This document shows positions 29,029 to 39,764 of a DNA stretch of 53,956 nt, piece after piece; positions within the stretch are counted from its first letter, which is position 1, and the number at the start of each line of letters is the position of its first letter. Source of the stretch: an uncultured Planctomycetaceae bacterium (lineage in GTDB: Bacteria; Planctomycetota; Planctomycetia; Planctomycetales; Planctomycetaceae); contig CAXBME010000040.1 in assembly GCA_963976765.1 (NCBI GenBank), positions 1-53,956 on the forward strand, given 5' to 3'. Position numbers and translations under genes: made by a program. The notes beneath the pieces were generated by a model. It did no database searches and had not been told where the DNA came from. It was given only the letters and a program-made list of their open reading frames with translations.

Positions 29029-31761
29029 ATGAGACCTAACGCCCTCACCCATTTCGTTGTCGCGATTCTTCTGGCTTACGCGCGAAGCGGCTCGTCGATT
29101 CAGGCTGCGGACTCGGACATCAACTCCGTTGCGCCGAATGCCCAGCTCACGTTCGAACGGGACATTCGCCCGATCCTCAAGACTCACTGCTTCCATTGTC
29201 ACGGCGAAGAAGAGGAAATCCAGGGCGGCCTCGATGTCCGACTTCGTCGTCACCTGGCGAAAGGTGGCGAAAGCGGAGCGGCCATTATTCCGGGCAAACC
29301 GGATAAAAGTCCGCTGGTCGAGCGGCTGCGCAGCGGAGAAATGCCGCCGGGAGATGATCCCGCAAAGAAAGTTCCCGCTTCCGAAATCGAGGTGATTGCT
29401 CGTTGGGTTGCGTCCGGAGCTGTGACCGCTCGGGCGGAACCGGACGTCCTGACCGATGCGGATCTGATTACGGAAGAAGAGCGAGCGTGGTGGTCTTTCC
29501 AACCGATCGATCGCCCCGCGCCGCCGGCGGTCGAAAATCCGGATTCGGTCAGATCACCGATCGACGCGTTTGTTCTCAGCCGTCTTGAAGAGAAAGGCTT
29601 CGACTTTTCTGGCGATGCTGATCGGACTACTTTGATCCGGCGAGCTTACTTCGACCTGGTTGGCATGCCGCCCTCCCCGGAAGCCGTTCGCCATTTCGTC
29701 GAGGATCAATCGCCCGACGCTTACGATCGTTTGCTCGATCAACTGCTCGCCTCACACGACTACGGTGATCGCTGGGGCCGACACTGGCTGGACATCGCCG
29801 GGTACGCCGACTCGGAAGGCTACACCGTTGATGACAAAGAGCGACCGTGGGCGTGGAAGTATCGTGACTGGGTGATTCAGTCACTGAACGACGACAAGCC
29901 GTTCGACGAGTTTATCCGCGAGCAACTGGCCGGCGACGAAATGGTCCGTCCGCCGTATGCCGAGTTGCCTCCGGAAGAGATTGCGAAACTCATCGCCACT
30001 GGTTTTCTGAGGATGGCTCCTGACGGAACAGGCGGAGGAGCTGACGATGCCGAACTCGCGAAGAACGATGTCATCGCCGAGACGGTGAAGGTTGTCTCGA
30101 CATCGCTGCTTGGAATGACTGTCGGCTGTGCTCAGTGCCACGACCATCGTTACGACCCGATTCCGCAGTCGGACTACTATCGAATTCGAGCCATCTTTGA
30201 ACCCGCTTACGATCCAAAGAACTGGCGAACTCCAGCATCGAGGCGAATCTCGCTCTACACTGCCGCCGACAGAAAAGCAGCTGCGGAAATCGAAGCGGAA
30301 GCAAAGAAGATTCTCGACGAACGAACGGCGAAGCAGAACGAGTTCATCGCCGCGACTTTTGAAAAGGAACTCGCCAAACTGCCGGAAGACATTCGCGACG
30401 AAGCCCGGAATGCTCGCGACACGGCAGTCAAAGATCGAACGACCGAGCAGAAACGGCTGTTGAAGAAACACCCGAGTCTAAACGTCTCAGCCGGTTCACT
30501 TTACCTCTACGACAGAAAGGCCGCCGATGTCCTGCAGAAGATGTCGGACGAAGCAACTGCGTTGCGAGCGAAGAAGCCGAAGGAAGAGTTCATCCGCGCC
30601 ACGACCGAAACGCCGGGTAAAGTTCCGCAGACTTTTCTGTTCGCAAGGGGCGACCACGAACAACCGAAGCAGGCTCTTGAGCCCGCAGGTTTGACCGTCC
30701 TGTCGCAGAACTCGGACGACGCAAAACTTCCGATCAATGATGAGTCTTTGCCTACAACCGGCCGCCGACTTCAATGGGCTCAGCGTCTGACTGATGGCAG
30801 TCATCCTCTGGTGGCGCGAGTTCTGGTCAACCGAATCTGGTTGCACCACTTTGGTCGTGGCATCGTCAACACGCCGGGCGACTTCGGGCTGCTGGGGGAT
30901 TTTCCAACTCATCCGGAACTGCTCGACTGGCTGGCGTCGGAGTTTGTGTCGAGCGGCTGGAGCGCCAAGCACCTGCATCGTTTGATCATGACGTCGAGCG
31001 TTTATCGCCAGCAGGGAGTCGTTGGTTCACTCGACCATGGGACAGACTCGGAGGCAACGAGTGAGTTGCACAGCCCGCATATCGTCGACCCGGACAACAC
31101 GTTGTACTGGCAGTTTCCGATCCGCAGACTTGAAGCCGAAACGTTGCGGGATTCAATGCTCGCCGCCGGTGGGTTGTTGAATGATCGCCGTGCCGGCCCG
31201 CCAGTCCCGGTGATGGCGGATCTCGTCGGTCAGTGGGTGATCGGAAAAGAGAACCTCAATGCCGGACGTCCGGGGCCGGTCATCCCTCTGAAGACGGAAG
31301 AATTCCGTAAAACGATCTTCGTTCAGTGGAGACGTTCGCGTCCGCTGACAGTGCTCGACACTTTTGATTTGCCAAAGATGGAGCCGAACTGCGAACGTCG
31401 AAACTCGTCAACCGTCGCCACGCAGTCGCTCTTTTTGATGAACAGCGATTTTATCGTTGAAATGGCCGAACACTTCGCAGTTCGTGTTCGTCGCGAAGCC
31501 GGAACAAACACTGGCGAGCAGGTGCGACACGCCTGGCGAATCGCCTTTGCACGAAATCCGAGCGACAATGAGATCAACGAGGCGCTCGAGTTTCTTGACG
31601 CTCAAACAGAACAGCTTGCCACGAAGCCGGTCGAGACAAAGCCGGTAACCAACCTGTTTGACCCGAAGGCGAAAAACGTCAAGCGGGAAGCGACAGAGCT
31701 GGCTCTCGCGAATTTATGCCAGCTAATGCTGAGTTCGAACGAGTTTCTCTACATCGATTAG
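29029..31761 (+). CDS. Planctomycete cytochrome c / DUF1549 / DUF1553 (PSD1) protein
   Basis: CFHCH, WWSFQP, RWGRHWLD..YADS, CAQCHDH, VNRIW..HFGRG, PTHPELLDWLA, RRLEAE; start moved to MRPNAL. Confidence 0.92.
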   Translation: MRPNALTHFVVAILLAYARSGSSIQAADSDINSVAPNAQLTFERDIRPILKTHCFHCHGEEEEIQGGLDVRLRRHLAKGGESGAAIIPGKPDKSPLVERLRSGEMPPGDDPAKKVPASEIEVIARWVASGAVTARAEPDVLTDADLITEEERAWWSFQPIDRPAPPAVENPDSVRSPIDAFVLSRLEEKGFDFSGDADRTTLIRRAYFDLVGMPPSPEAVRHFVEDQSPDAYDRLLDQLLASHDYGDRWGRHWLDIAGYADSEGYTVDDKERPWAWKYRDWVIQSLNDDKPFDEFIREQLAGDEMVRPPYAELPPEEIAKLIATGFLRMAPDGTGGGADDAELAKNDVIAETVKVVSTSLLGMTVGCAQCHDHRYDPIPQSDYYRIRAIFEPAYDPKNWRTPASRRISLYTAADRKAAAEIEAEAKKILDERTAKQNEFIAATFEKELAKLPEDIRDEARNARDTAVKDRTTEQKRLLKKHPSLNVSAGSLYLYDRKAADVLQKMSDEATALRAKKPKEEFIRATTETPGKVPQTFLFARGDHEQPKQALEPAGLTVLSQNSDDAKLPINDESLPTTGRRLQWAQRLTDGSHPLVARVLVNRIWLHHFGRGIVNTPGDFGLLGDFPTHPELLDWLASEFVSSGWSAKHLHRLIMTSSVYRQQGVVGSLDHGTDSEATSELHSPHIVDPDNTLYWQFPIRRLEAETLRDSMLAAGGLLNDRRAGPPVPVMADLVGQWVIGKENLNAGRPGPVIPLKTEEFRKTIFVQWRRSRPLTVLDTFDLPKMEPNCERRNSSTVATQSLFLMNSDFIVEMAEHFAVRVRREAGTNTGEQVRHAWRIAFARNPSDNEINEALEFLDAQTEQLATKPVETKPVTNLFDPKAKNVKREATELALANLCQLMLSSNEFLYID

Positions 31762-31779
31762 TGACAGCTGGCAGGCGAA

Positions 31780-33165
31780 TTACTTCAGCAGGTGCAGGTT
31801 CGTAATGGTGATGCCGCTGAGCATCGCACCGATGATCCCGAGGAAACCCTGATCGGTTCCGCACAGATAAAGATTGTCGAGGTGCGTGCGACCATCGCGG
31901 ATCTTGTTGGGGGCACCGTAGACGGCTCCGTTGGCGTGGCCGGTGAACTTCGTAATTGTGCGGGGAGTGAAGACGTCGGTGTCGACGACGTGCGAACGGA
32001 AATCCGGCATGAACCGCAGTGCGGACTCGACAATCCTGCTGCACCACTCTTCTTTCTGAGGGTAATAAACATCGTCGGGAAGATTGATCCAGCCTGCCGG
32101 ACTGGCGAGCGATGTGATGCGAATTCGCCCTTCGTCGAGCTTCTCGTCGCCATACTGGAAGTTGTTCGGCGAGCAGATGATGCCACTACTGACATCGCAC
32201 GGCTCGCTCGGCGGCTCATACTTGAAGACGTCCGAGTCGTTGTAGAAGACGATCGTCTGATCGTGCCCCAGTTCCTGCGGCTGGCAGTCGAGCGAGAAGA
32301 TTGTCTCGGCGTACGAAATTTCGCCGGGAGGGTTCTTTGCTTCAAAGTCCGCAGGAACGTTCCCACACATCCGCAACGTTTCGGCGGAACCAGCTGATGA
32401 CAGAACGTTCTTCGCTTCGATGATCTCGCCGGATTCCAGTTCGACCCCGGTAGTGATGCCGCCTTCGGTCAAAATCTTTTTGACGCCGCAGCGCAGCTTT
32501 AGCTCGCCGCCCTGACGGCGGAAATGGTTGGCCAGATTTTTCAGGATCAGCCGCACGCCTCGCAATGGTCTGCCGAAGCCTTGGTAGAACAACGCTTTGA
32601 ACATGATCACGAACTGGCTGAAATCCATGTCGCCCACCGTCGCGCTGCCATAAAACATCAGCGGGCAGAACAGCATGTCGATCAGGACGGGATCGGTAAT
32701 TGTTTCGCCCAGCACCTTGCGAGCCGACGCTGTTTCGCCGCTCAGGTGAAGTTCGTCGTGTTCATCGATCAGGTTGAGCAGCTTCTGAAAGTTGTCTTTC
32801 TGAGCGGGAAACAGTTCGTTGACCTGCTGCCTGAAGAATTCGAAATCGTTGGTGAATTTCAGCGTTCGCCCAGGAAACGCGATGCTCGATTCGATCTGTG
32901 GACAAAGAGCGAAGTCTTCCCACCGCAGCCGCAACTGTCGAAGCAGCTTGCTGAGTGGTCCGGTCTTTGTTCCCGGTTCGGCGTAGTTGGTTACGGCGTG
33001 CAGGCCGACGTCGTGGTCGCGCTTTCTCAGTCGATAGAACGAGTTGAGTCCACCGATCGTGTAATGCTTTTCGACGATGCAGACTTTCTTATCGAAATAC
33101 GCAAGTCTGATGCCCGCCGCCAGCCCGGAAAGGCCAGCACCGATGATGACAGTATCGTAGCTCAC
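31780..33165 (-). CDS. Phytoene desaturase-family FAD oxidoreductase
   Basis: IIGAGLSGL, TPRTI..FTG...GAVYG, LYLCG; start overlaps the crp stop (ATGA). Confidence 0.85.
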   Translation of the reverse strand: MSYDTVIIGAGLSGLAAGIRLAYFDKKVCIVEKHYTIGGLNSFYRLRKRDHDVGLHAVTNYAEPGTKTGPLSKLLRQLRLRWEDFALCPQIESSIAFPGRTLKFTNDFEFFRQQVNELFPAQKDNFQKLLNLIDEHDELHLSGETASARKVLGETITDPVLIDMLFCPLMFYGSATVGDMDFSQFVIMFKALFYQGFGRPLRGVRLILKNLANHFRRQGGELKLRCGVKKILTEGGITTGVELESGEIIEAKNVLSSAGSAETLRMCGNVPADFEAKNPPGEISYAETIFSLDCQPQELGHDQTIVFYNDSDVFKYEPPSEPCDVSSGIICSPNNFQYGDEKLDEGRIRITSLASPAGWINLPDDVYYPQKEEWCSRIVESALRFMPDFRSHVVDTDVFTPRTITKFTGHANGAVYGAPNKIRDGRTHLDNLYLCGTDQGFLGIIGAMLSGITITNLHLLK

Positions 33166-33950
33166 TCGGGAATCCGTCGTTTCGCAAAGGGTTGCTGTTG
33201 AGGAGTTGTCGACTGCTGCGCTCGCCGCGCGGAGTTTTCAATCAGGCGTTCAACTTCCGGGGTGACTTCGTCGAGCACGTTCGCCAGTTGCTCAAGGTTC
33301 GTCAGGATGATCTGTCGTCGTTTTACGATCAAGCTGCGAGCGTACTGCAACTCGCCGAGCAGCACCGTGACCGTTTCACGAGTGCTGCCGATCATGCTGG
33401 CCATGTCCTGGTGGGACAGCCTGATGCCCAGGTTGAGACCTTCCGGACATGGTTTGCCGTACTTTGCACCAAGTTCCAGCAGCAGATAAACAAGGCGGTC
33501 ACGGTTCGAGCGAAACAGTAACGCTTTCAGACGGCGTTCCATTCTTTGCCGACGGAGCCCCATCAGCCGAGTGACCTGCAGAACGATTTGCGGGCGATCA
33601 GTCATCAACTGCTGCATTTCATCGCCGGGAATGCGGACGATCGTCGACTTCTCCATCGCCTCAGCGAACTCTTCACGCTGAGCCTGCCCGAACAGTGACA
33701 ACTCGCCGAAAATTTCACCCGGCTCGATAAAAGTAAGAACCGTTTCTTTACCCTCGGAAGTGACGTGGTAAAGTCGGATCCGCCCGGAAGTCAGCAGGAA
33801 AACAGAATGCCCCGAGTCGTTCGGCAGGTAGACGATTCCCTTGCGGGGAAACACCTGCACGCGGGAGCGGGACTCAACTCTGGCAAGCTCTTCGGGGGAA
33901 AGCTGTTCAAAGAGATTCGCTTGTTTGAGATACCAGAGTTTCTCTTCCAT
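33162..33950 (-). CDS. Crp/Fnr family transcriptional regulator
   Basis: cNMP domain (PGEIFGEL); HTH LSHQDMASMIGSTRETVT. Confidence 0.93.
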   Translation of the reverse strand: MEEKLWYLKQANLFEQLSPEELARVESRSRVQVFPRKGIVYLPNDSGHSVFLLTSGRIRLYHVTSEGKETVLTFIEPGEIFGELSLFGQAQREEFAEAMEKSTIVRIPGDEMQQLMTDRPQIVLQVTRLMGLRRQRMERRLKALLFRSNRDRLVYLLLELGAKYGKPCPEGLNLGIRLSHQDMASMIGSTRETVTVLLGELQYARSLIVKRRQIILTNLEQLANVLDEVTPEVERLIENSARRAQQSTTPQQQPFAKRRIPE

Positions 33951-34241
33951 GACCCCTGTCAATTCCCGTCAGGCAGCTGAACATCGATCAAAATGTCTCA
34001 ACACTTGAGCGTTTGTCAGTCAGGTTTCTGCGTTGATAGAGGCCAGGCAAATTCCGCGAGATTCTTCTGCGACGTAAACGGTTGAGGATAGTTGAGTCCT
34101 GATTTCTCAACAACCGGTGAGACCAGCACAGTGACTACGGCAGACCGTCCCGAAACGTTGGGATCTCGTCGCCTGAGCATGGTTGACTCCGGTTCTCTGA
34201 CTTTCTTGCGACGCCTCGATTCGAAGTCCTGACGGTGTCAC

Positions 34242-34257
34242 AGTAGGATTCCTTACA
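34242..34257. promoter_or_regulatory. Candidate Crp-family palindrome GTA-N8-TAC
   Basis: AGTAGGATTCCTTACA between divergent crp and C-N hydrolase genes. Confidence 0.3.
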
Positions 34258-34337
34258 GAGATTTCCGAAAGCCTGGCAGAAAACTGTCAAATGCCTGATG
34301 AAACGATTAGCCTGGTTCGTCCTGGAGAATTCGAAAC

Positions 34338-35186
34338 ATGAAAATTGCAGCCGTACAGATGGACGTCACAATTGGCGACGTCGACCGAAATCTTCAGGCC
34401 ATTGACGATCGATTTCGGGAAGCGGTCAGTAACGGAGCCCGTCTTGTCGTGTTTCCCGAGTGTGCAATCACGGGTTACTGCTTTGAGAGTCGGGACGAAG
34501 CGATGCCATTTGCTCAGTCAGTTCCTGGACCGGCGACCGAACGAGTGGCCACGTACTGTAACGAGCTGAACGCCTTTGCCATCTTTGGAATGCTGGAACG
34601 AGACGGCGATCGCATCTTTAACGCTGCCGTTCTCGTTGGCCCTGGTGGGGTTATCGGAAGTTACCGGAAAACTCATCTGCCATTTCTGGGCGTCGATCAG
34701 CACGTTGACGACGGAGACCGACCGTTCGCTGTTCATCAGGCGGGAGACGTCAGCATCGGCATGAATATCTGCTACGACTCTGCATTCCCGGAAGCCTCAC
34801 GATGTTTGACCCTGCTCGGAGCAGACTTGATCGCTCTACCGACAAACTGGCCGCCCGGAGCAGAATGCGTTGCCAGTCACGTGCTCAACACCCGGGCAAT
34901 GGAAAACGCCGTTTACTTTGCTGCGGCGAATCGTGTCGGTGAAGAACGAGGGTTTCGTTTCATCGGTCGCAGTCGAATCTGTGCACCAAACGGTTCGACA
35001 CTGGCGGCTTCTGATGACGATTCGGAAACGATCCTCTATGCCGACATCGATCCGGAAATTTCGCGAAACAAACGAGTCGTGAGGGAGGTCGGTCGGCACG
35101 CAATCGATCGTCTGGCCGATCGTCGTCCGGAACTGTACGGCCCACTGAGCGAGCCGCACGGACTGGAACGCCCGGGTGGTCGCTGA
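34338..35186 (+). CDS. Carbon-nitrogen hydrolase (nitrilase superfamily)
   Basis: E-K-C triad: FPE, YRKTHL, ICYD..FPE; RAMEN. Confidence 0.93.
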   Translation: MKIAAVQMDVTIGDVDRNLQAIDDRFREAVSNGARLVVFPECAITGYCFESRDEAMPFAQSVPGPATERVATYCNELNAFAIFGMLERDGDRIFNAAVLVGPGGVIGSYRKTHLPFLGVDQHVDDGDRPFAVHQAGDVSIGMNICYDSAFPEASRCLTLLGADLIALPTNWPPGAECVASHVLNTRAMENAVYFAAANRVGEERGFRFIGRSRICAPNGSTLAASDDDSETILYADIDPEISRNKRVVREVGRHAIDRLADRRPELYGPLSEPHGLERPGGR

Positions 35187-35202
35187 GCATCTTCAGTTGC
35201 GT

Positions 35203-36540
35203 TCAGCGTTCACGACGAGGTGGATCGACAGCTTCGAGCGATGGGCACTCGATCGGCTGAGCCGGCATTGGACGCTGGTCGACCGGAGCGTTCAGCTCGG
35301 TGTCCTTGTGAAAGTCTGTCTCAACTGCAGAAGGCGGCGTGCTCGTTGAGCGAGCTTCAGTTGCGGTTGTCTGACTGGCTTGCTCGGACAGTTGTCGTGC
35401 TCGTTCGACGAGAATTTTTTCTCGCTGCTTCGCGATTGTGTAGCGGCGGTCGAGCACCTTTTGAAAGTCGAATCGAATATTCGACGGCTTCGCGAATTTG
35501 ACGAGCTTCGAACACATGATCTTCGCCGTCGGATACCGGTCAGCAGGATCCTTGGCGAGCATCCGATTAACGATGGTTTCAACTTCTGCTGGTACTTCCG
35601 GCCGAAGACTTCGGATCCTGACTGGTGTCCGATTCTTCTGAGCATCGATCTTTTCAGCTCTTGACTTGCAATCAGGAAACATCACCTGCCCGGTCAGCAT
35701 GTAGTAAAGCGTCGCTCCCAGCGAGTAGATATCCGCACGGTGATCGATCGTGAAACTGTCACTTGCCTGTTCAGGAGCGATGTAGTCGGCTGTTCCCAGG
35801 CAGTCCTGTCCAAAGATCATCGCCAGCGAAAACTCATCACTATGGTCGGCATTCGAAACCTGCGAGAGTCCAAAATCCAGCACTCGAGCGTTGGCCTGCG
35901 AATCGACCAGGATGTTTGACGGCTTGACGTCTCGATGAATTAAACCCTTCCGATGAGCATGGTGAAGCCCAGCTCCAGCGTAGTAGGCAATATGGCAGGC
36001 CAGCCGCCACTTGATCGGGCCGCCAAGCAGGGCAACGAACTCGTCAATCCCAATACCTTCGACCTGATCCATCACCATGTAGTGGATGTCGCCGAACAGG
36101 CCCGGAGTCTGGCCCATTAACTGAGTTCGGACGACGGCCTCATGATTCAGCATCAGCCCGGCGCGCGCTTCAAGCTGAAACCGTGTCAGCAGACCGGGAT
36201 CCTGGTCGTTCTTGTCAGTCAGCATTTTGATGGCGACTTTCTCATTCGTTTCGAGATTCGTCGCGCTGTAAACCCAGCCCATGCCGCCGGAGCCAAGAAT
36301 ATCGTCCAGTCGAAAATGATCGATGAAGAACCCTCGATGCTGCCCTTCGAGCAACCGGCTTGCTTGGAGCCTGGTCAGAATGCCCCCACGCACAAACGCC
36401 TTCGCCGTCGGGATGGCCGCGTCGTCGTTGCACACCCCAAGCTGCTCGACAGCGGCGTCAATTTCCTCGAGTGTGAGGAGACGACTCCGCCGGAGACCCT
36501 CGATGAATTGCGATGCAGATTGAGCGACGACCAAAGTCAC
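35203..36540 (-). CDS. Serine/threonine protein kinase
   Basis: GSGGMG, VAIK, HRDVKPSN, DFGL, GTADYIAPE; GGAGGA next to a GTG/TTG start (exact start uncertain). Confidence 0.93.
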   Translation of the reverse strand: MTLVVAQSASQFIEGLRRSRLLTLEEIDAAVEQLGVCNDDAAIPTAKAFVRGGILTRLQASRLLEGQHRGFFIDHFRLDDILGSGGMGWVYSATNLETNEKVAIKMLTDKNDQDPGLLTRFQLEARAGLMLNHEAVVRTQLMGQTPGLFGDIHYMVMDQVEGIGIDEFVALLGGPIKWRLACHIAYYAGAGLHHAHRKGLIHRDVKPSNILVDSQANARVLDFGLSQVSNADHSDEFSLAMIFGQDCLGTADYIAPEQASDSFTIDHRADIYSLGATLYYMLTGQVMFPDCKSRAEKIDAQKNRTPVRIRSLRPEVPAEVETIVNRMLAKDPADRYPTAKIMCSKLVKFAKPSNIRFDFQKVLDRRYTIAKQREKILVERARQLSEQASQTTATEARSTSTPPSAVETDFHKDTELNAPVDQRPMPAQPIECPSLEAVDPPRRER

Positions 36541-36870
36541 TCCTCCGGATCCGAGTGTGCTGAAGCGACGTTTCGCACACGGAAACCACCGGTTTCCGAC
36601 TCGCAAGTCTAACACCGGATTGACGTTTAAGTCACTCCTGACTCTGAATCATCGGATTATTCAGCGGGTGGAACAGAGTGCTGGATACGGTTCACCTGAA
36701 GCCTTCCGGTAGCTAGCCTTCGAACTTGACAAACAGGCACAAACGAATTTCCAGCATGTTGCATTGAAGCAACACTCGTTCTGGTTGAGAGGGTGAACGA
36801 CATTCCTCCTCGCCGAACTATGCTGCTTTGAGCGATAATCGGGATTTGAGACGACAGGCTACCAATCTAC

Positions 36871-36915
36871 GGTCGAGTGGCGGAATAGGCAGTCGCACGG
36901 GACTTAAAATCCCGG
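36871..36915 (+). repeat. Truncated 5' half of tRNA-Leu(TAA), att-like direct repeat
   Basis: 43/45 identical to 45176-45220; similarity ends just after the anticodon stem. Confidence 0.9.
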
Positions 36916-37157
36916 AAACGGTTTTGTTGAGTGTCAGACTGTGCGTGTCTCCGGTAATTGAGTGTGCACGCTTCCTCCCTGATATGGCTAAGGTCGCATG
37001 TGCCGAGCCCCGCGCTTAAGCGGTATGCTGGACACGAACGCAGGCTGGCGGGAATTACCGAGAAGGCACCAGGTGAGAATCCTGTATTTCATCCGCTCCG
37101 GACATGTCGGTCAGTTTGCTGATCAGCGATTCGTCGTGGCAACTTTCGGTCACGTCA

Positions 37158-39401
37158 CTACTTGATAAACAGCATTTCCTGGTAGGTTGGCAGTGGCCAG
37201 AGATCGTCGGCCACGACTCCTTCCAATTCATCAGCAAAACCTCGCAGCTTGTTCATAGCCGGTAAAACGACGTCGCAGCAATGCCTTGCTTCGGCCAACA
37301 GATCGTCTGAAGCAGATTCAGCCAGAGCTGCCTTGAGCTGGGCGATACTGTCCTGTAGCGACATGACCAGCGTTCGAGTTTGATCGAGGGTGTCGGTGTC
37401 GAACTCATAGTCGAGAGCTTTGAGATTAATGCAGGCCGAAGCCAACTCGTTCTGATATCGAACGGCTGCTGGTAAGATTGATGTGGTTGCCATTTCGAGC
37501 GTGAGGTTCGCCTCGACTCCAATCGTCAGACAATACTGTTCAAGGTAGATCTCAAGACGACTCTCTAATTCGCGTTCAGAGAGAACATTGTAAGTCGCAA
37601 AGAGTTCCTTAACGTCCTTCGCCTGAAGCATCGGCAGAGCGTCTACGGTCGTCTTTAGATTCAGCAGTCCTCGCCGTTCTGCTTCGATATGCCAGGCTTC
37701 GCTATAGCCATCACCGTTGAACACGATCGCGCCATGCTCGTTGATGATTTCCGTGAGTAATTTCTGAAGCTCGCTATGCAGTAGGTCCGGGTTACCACCA
37801 GTTGCCTCCTCCAAACGGGTGGCGCAGAAATCAAGCGACTCCGCGATGATTGTATTCATGGCCACGAGTGGGCCGGCTATCGACTGATTGGAGCCTACCG
37901 CGCGAAATTCGAATCGATTGCCAGTGAAAGCAAACGGGCTTGTTCGATTTCGATCACCGGCATCCTTTGGTAGCGCCGGCAACACGTCGACGCCAACGGT
38001 CAGTGTGCCTCTGGGAATTGAAGAGTTGGCTCCACCTGTCTTGATTTGCTCAAAGACATCGGTCAGCTGATCTCCAAGAAAGATCGAGATAATTGCCGGT
38101 GGCGCTTCGTTCGCTCCCAGGCGATGATCGTTACTCGCCGAGGCGACGACAGCTCGCAGCAACCCCTGGTGCTTGTGCACGGCTCGAATGATGGCCGCAC
38201 AGACGAGGAGAAACTGGGCATTCTCGTGGGGTGTTTCGCCCGGATCGAGCAGGTTTCCCTGGGAAGAGCTGCCCATCGACCAGTTCACATGCTTGCCCGA
38301 ACCGTTCACGCCAGCGAACGGCTTTTCGTGCATCAGGCATGTCATTCCATACTTCTCGGCGACCCGCCTTAGAGTGGTCATCGTGAGCTGCTGATGGTCA
38401 GTCGCAACGTTGGCAAACTCAAACATTGGAGCTAACTCAAACTGACCCGGTGCGACTTCATTGTGTCTTGTCTTAACCGGGATTCCGAGTTTGAACAGTT
38501 CGCGTTCCGCTTCCAGCATGAATGCCAGTACGCGTTCTGGAATCGCACCAAAGTAGTGATCGTCGAATTCCTGTCCTTTGGGTGGTTTGGCCCCGAACAA
38601 AGTTCGGCCGGCATTTAACAGGTCGGGGCGTGCAAAGAAGAAATTGCGATCAATCAGAAAGTACTCCTGCTCCGGTCCGGCTGTCGAAGACACCAGAGCC
38701 CCATCGGTATGCCCGAAAAGTTTCAGGATCCGCTGAGCCTGTGTGTTCAGCGCCTGCATCGATCGCAGGACGGGTGTCTTCTTATCGAGCGCTTCTCCGG
38801 TCCAGGAAACGAATGCCGTTGGGATACAGAGCGTTGTCCCGTTTGCGTTTTCCAGAATATATGCCGGACTGGTGACGTCCCAGATTGTGTAGCCACGAGC
38901 TTCGAAAGTGGCTCGAATGCCACCGCTTGGAAAGCTGGAACCATCGGGTTCACCCTGGAACAGCTGCTTACCGCTGAATTCTGCAAACGCGCCGCCGACT
39001 CCATCGGGCGAAAGAAAACTGTCGTGCTTTTCGGCAGTCGAACCGGTAAGTGGATAGAACACGTGAGCGTAGTGCGTCGCACCCTTCTCGATTGCCCAGT
39101 CCTTCATCGCGGAAGCCACGACGTCCGCCACCGAGCAGTCAAGTTTTTCGCCGGATTCAATAGTCCGCATAACAGATTTGAAGACCGACTTGGGCAGTCG
39201 TTGCTTCATCACGGCCGTGGAGAACACGTTGGCGTTGAATAGATTCGCGACAGGCGACTCCGTGAAATTCATAGCAGGTGCACTGGGCCGATAGTTCGTG
39301 ACCGCAGCGATCGCGGCACTGCGAGCCGAACCCACGACTGCAGCCGGACTATTGCTCGCAGAGCTGTAAGTACCATTCTTTTCCGTTTCAATCGTGGTCA
39401 C
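37158..39401 (-). CDS. Glutamine synthetase type III
   Basis: [74 protein letters not shown]; likely GTG start. Confidence 0.95.
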   Translation of the reverse strand: MTTIETEKNGTYSSASNSPAAVVGSARSAAIAAVTNYRPSAPAMNFTESPVANLFNANVFSTAVMKQRLPKSVFKSVMRTIESGEKLDCSVADVVASAMKDWAIEKGATHYAHVFYPLTGSTAEKHDSFLSPDGVGGAFAEFSGKQLFQGEPDGSSFPSGGIRATFEARGYTIWDVTSPAYILENANGTTLCIPTAFVSWTGEALDKKTPVLRSMQALNTQAQRILKLFGHTDGALVSSTAGPEQEYFLIDRNFFFARPDLLNAGRTLFGAKPPKGQEFDDHYFGAIPERVLAFMLEAERELFKLGIPVKTRHNEVAPGQFELAPMFEFANVATDHQQLTMTTLRRVAEKYGMTCLMHEKPFAGVNGSGKHVNWSMGSSSQGNLLDPGETPHENAQFLLVCAAIIRAVHKHQGLLRAVVASASNDHRLGANEAPPAIISIFLGDQLTDVFEQIKTGGANSSIPRGTLTVGVDVLPALPKDAGDRNRTSPFAFTGNRFEFRAVGSNQSIAGPLVAMNTIIAESLDFCATRLEEATGGNPDLLHSELQKLLTEIINEHGAIVFNGDGYSEAWHIEAERRGLLNLKTTVDALPMLQAKDVKELFATYNVLSERELESRLEIYLEQYCLTIGVEANLTLEMATTSILPAAVRYQNELASACINLKALDYEFDTDTLDQTRTLVMSLQDSIAQLKAALAESASDDLLAEARHCCDVVLPAMNKLRGFADELEGVVADDLWPLPTYQEMLFIK

Positions 39402-39564
39402 TGGGTCGACTTCTTTCTGTGAGAGAAGGATCGCCGCGCACGACGCTCCCCGGGGAATTCGCATCCTTGCAAAAATTGCCACCACTTCCGGGCAGTCTTT
39501 AGAATGGATGAGTAACCAACGCCGCAATTCGCTTGCTGGCTCTCTCCGCATCGCCTCTGCCTTA

Positions 39565-39581
39565 AGCGAAGGTTGTGCCAA
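39565..39581 (-). promoter_or_regulatory. Putative sigma54 promoter upstream of GSIII
   Basis: Minus strand TTGGCACAACCTTCGCT (GG-N10-GC). Confidence 0.6.
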
Positions 39582-39764
39582 CTGCTCTGCCTGGCTGACC
39601 AATCGCGTTTTTCGTCAATCGACGGCAGTCAATACCGGGTGGACCACGCACTCGGGTTCGCCATCTGCGGGACCGACCACACAAATGCGGAATTAAGGCT
39701 TGCACATATCCGGGCTGCGACTGCTCACGGAACCGGCATCATCGCCCAGAGTGAGTTGCTTCCG

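Noticed and set aside
36871..36960. Second tRNA-Leu gene or intron-split tRNA
   Set aside because: No variable arm, T arm or acceptor 3' strand follows, and the break is after the anticodon stem rather than at an intron position.
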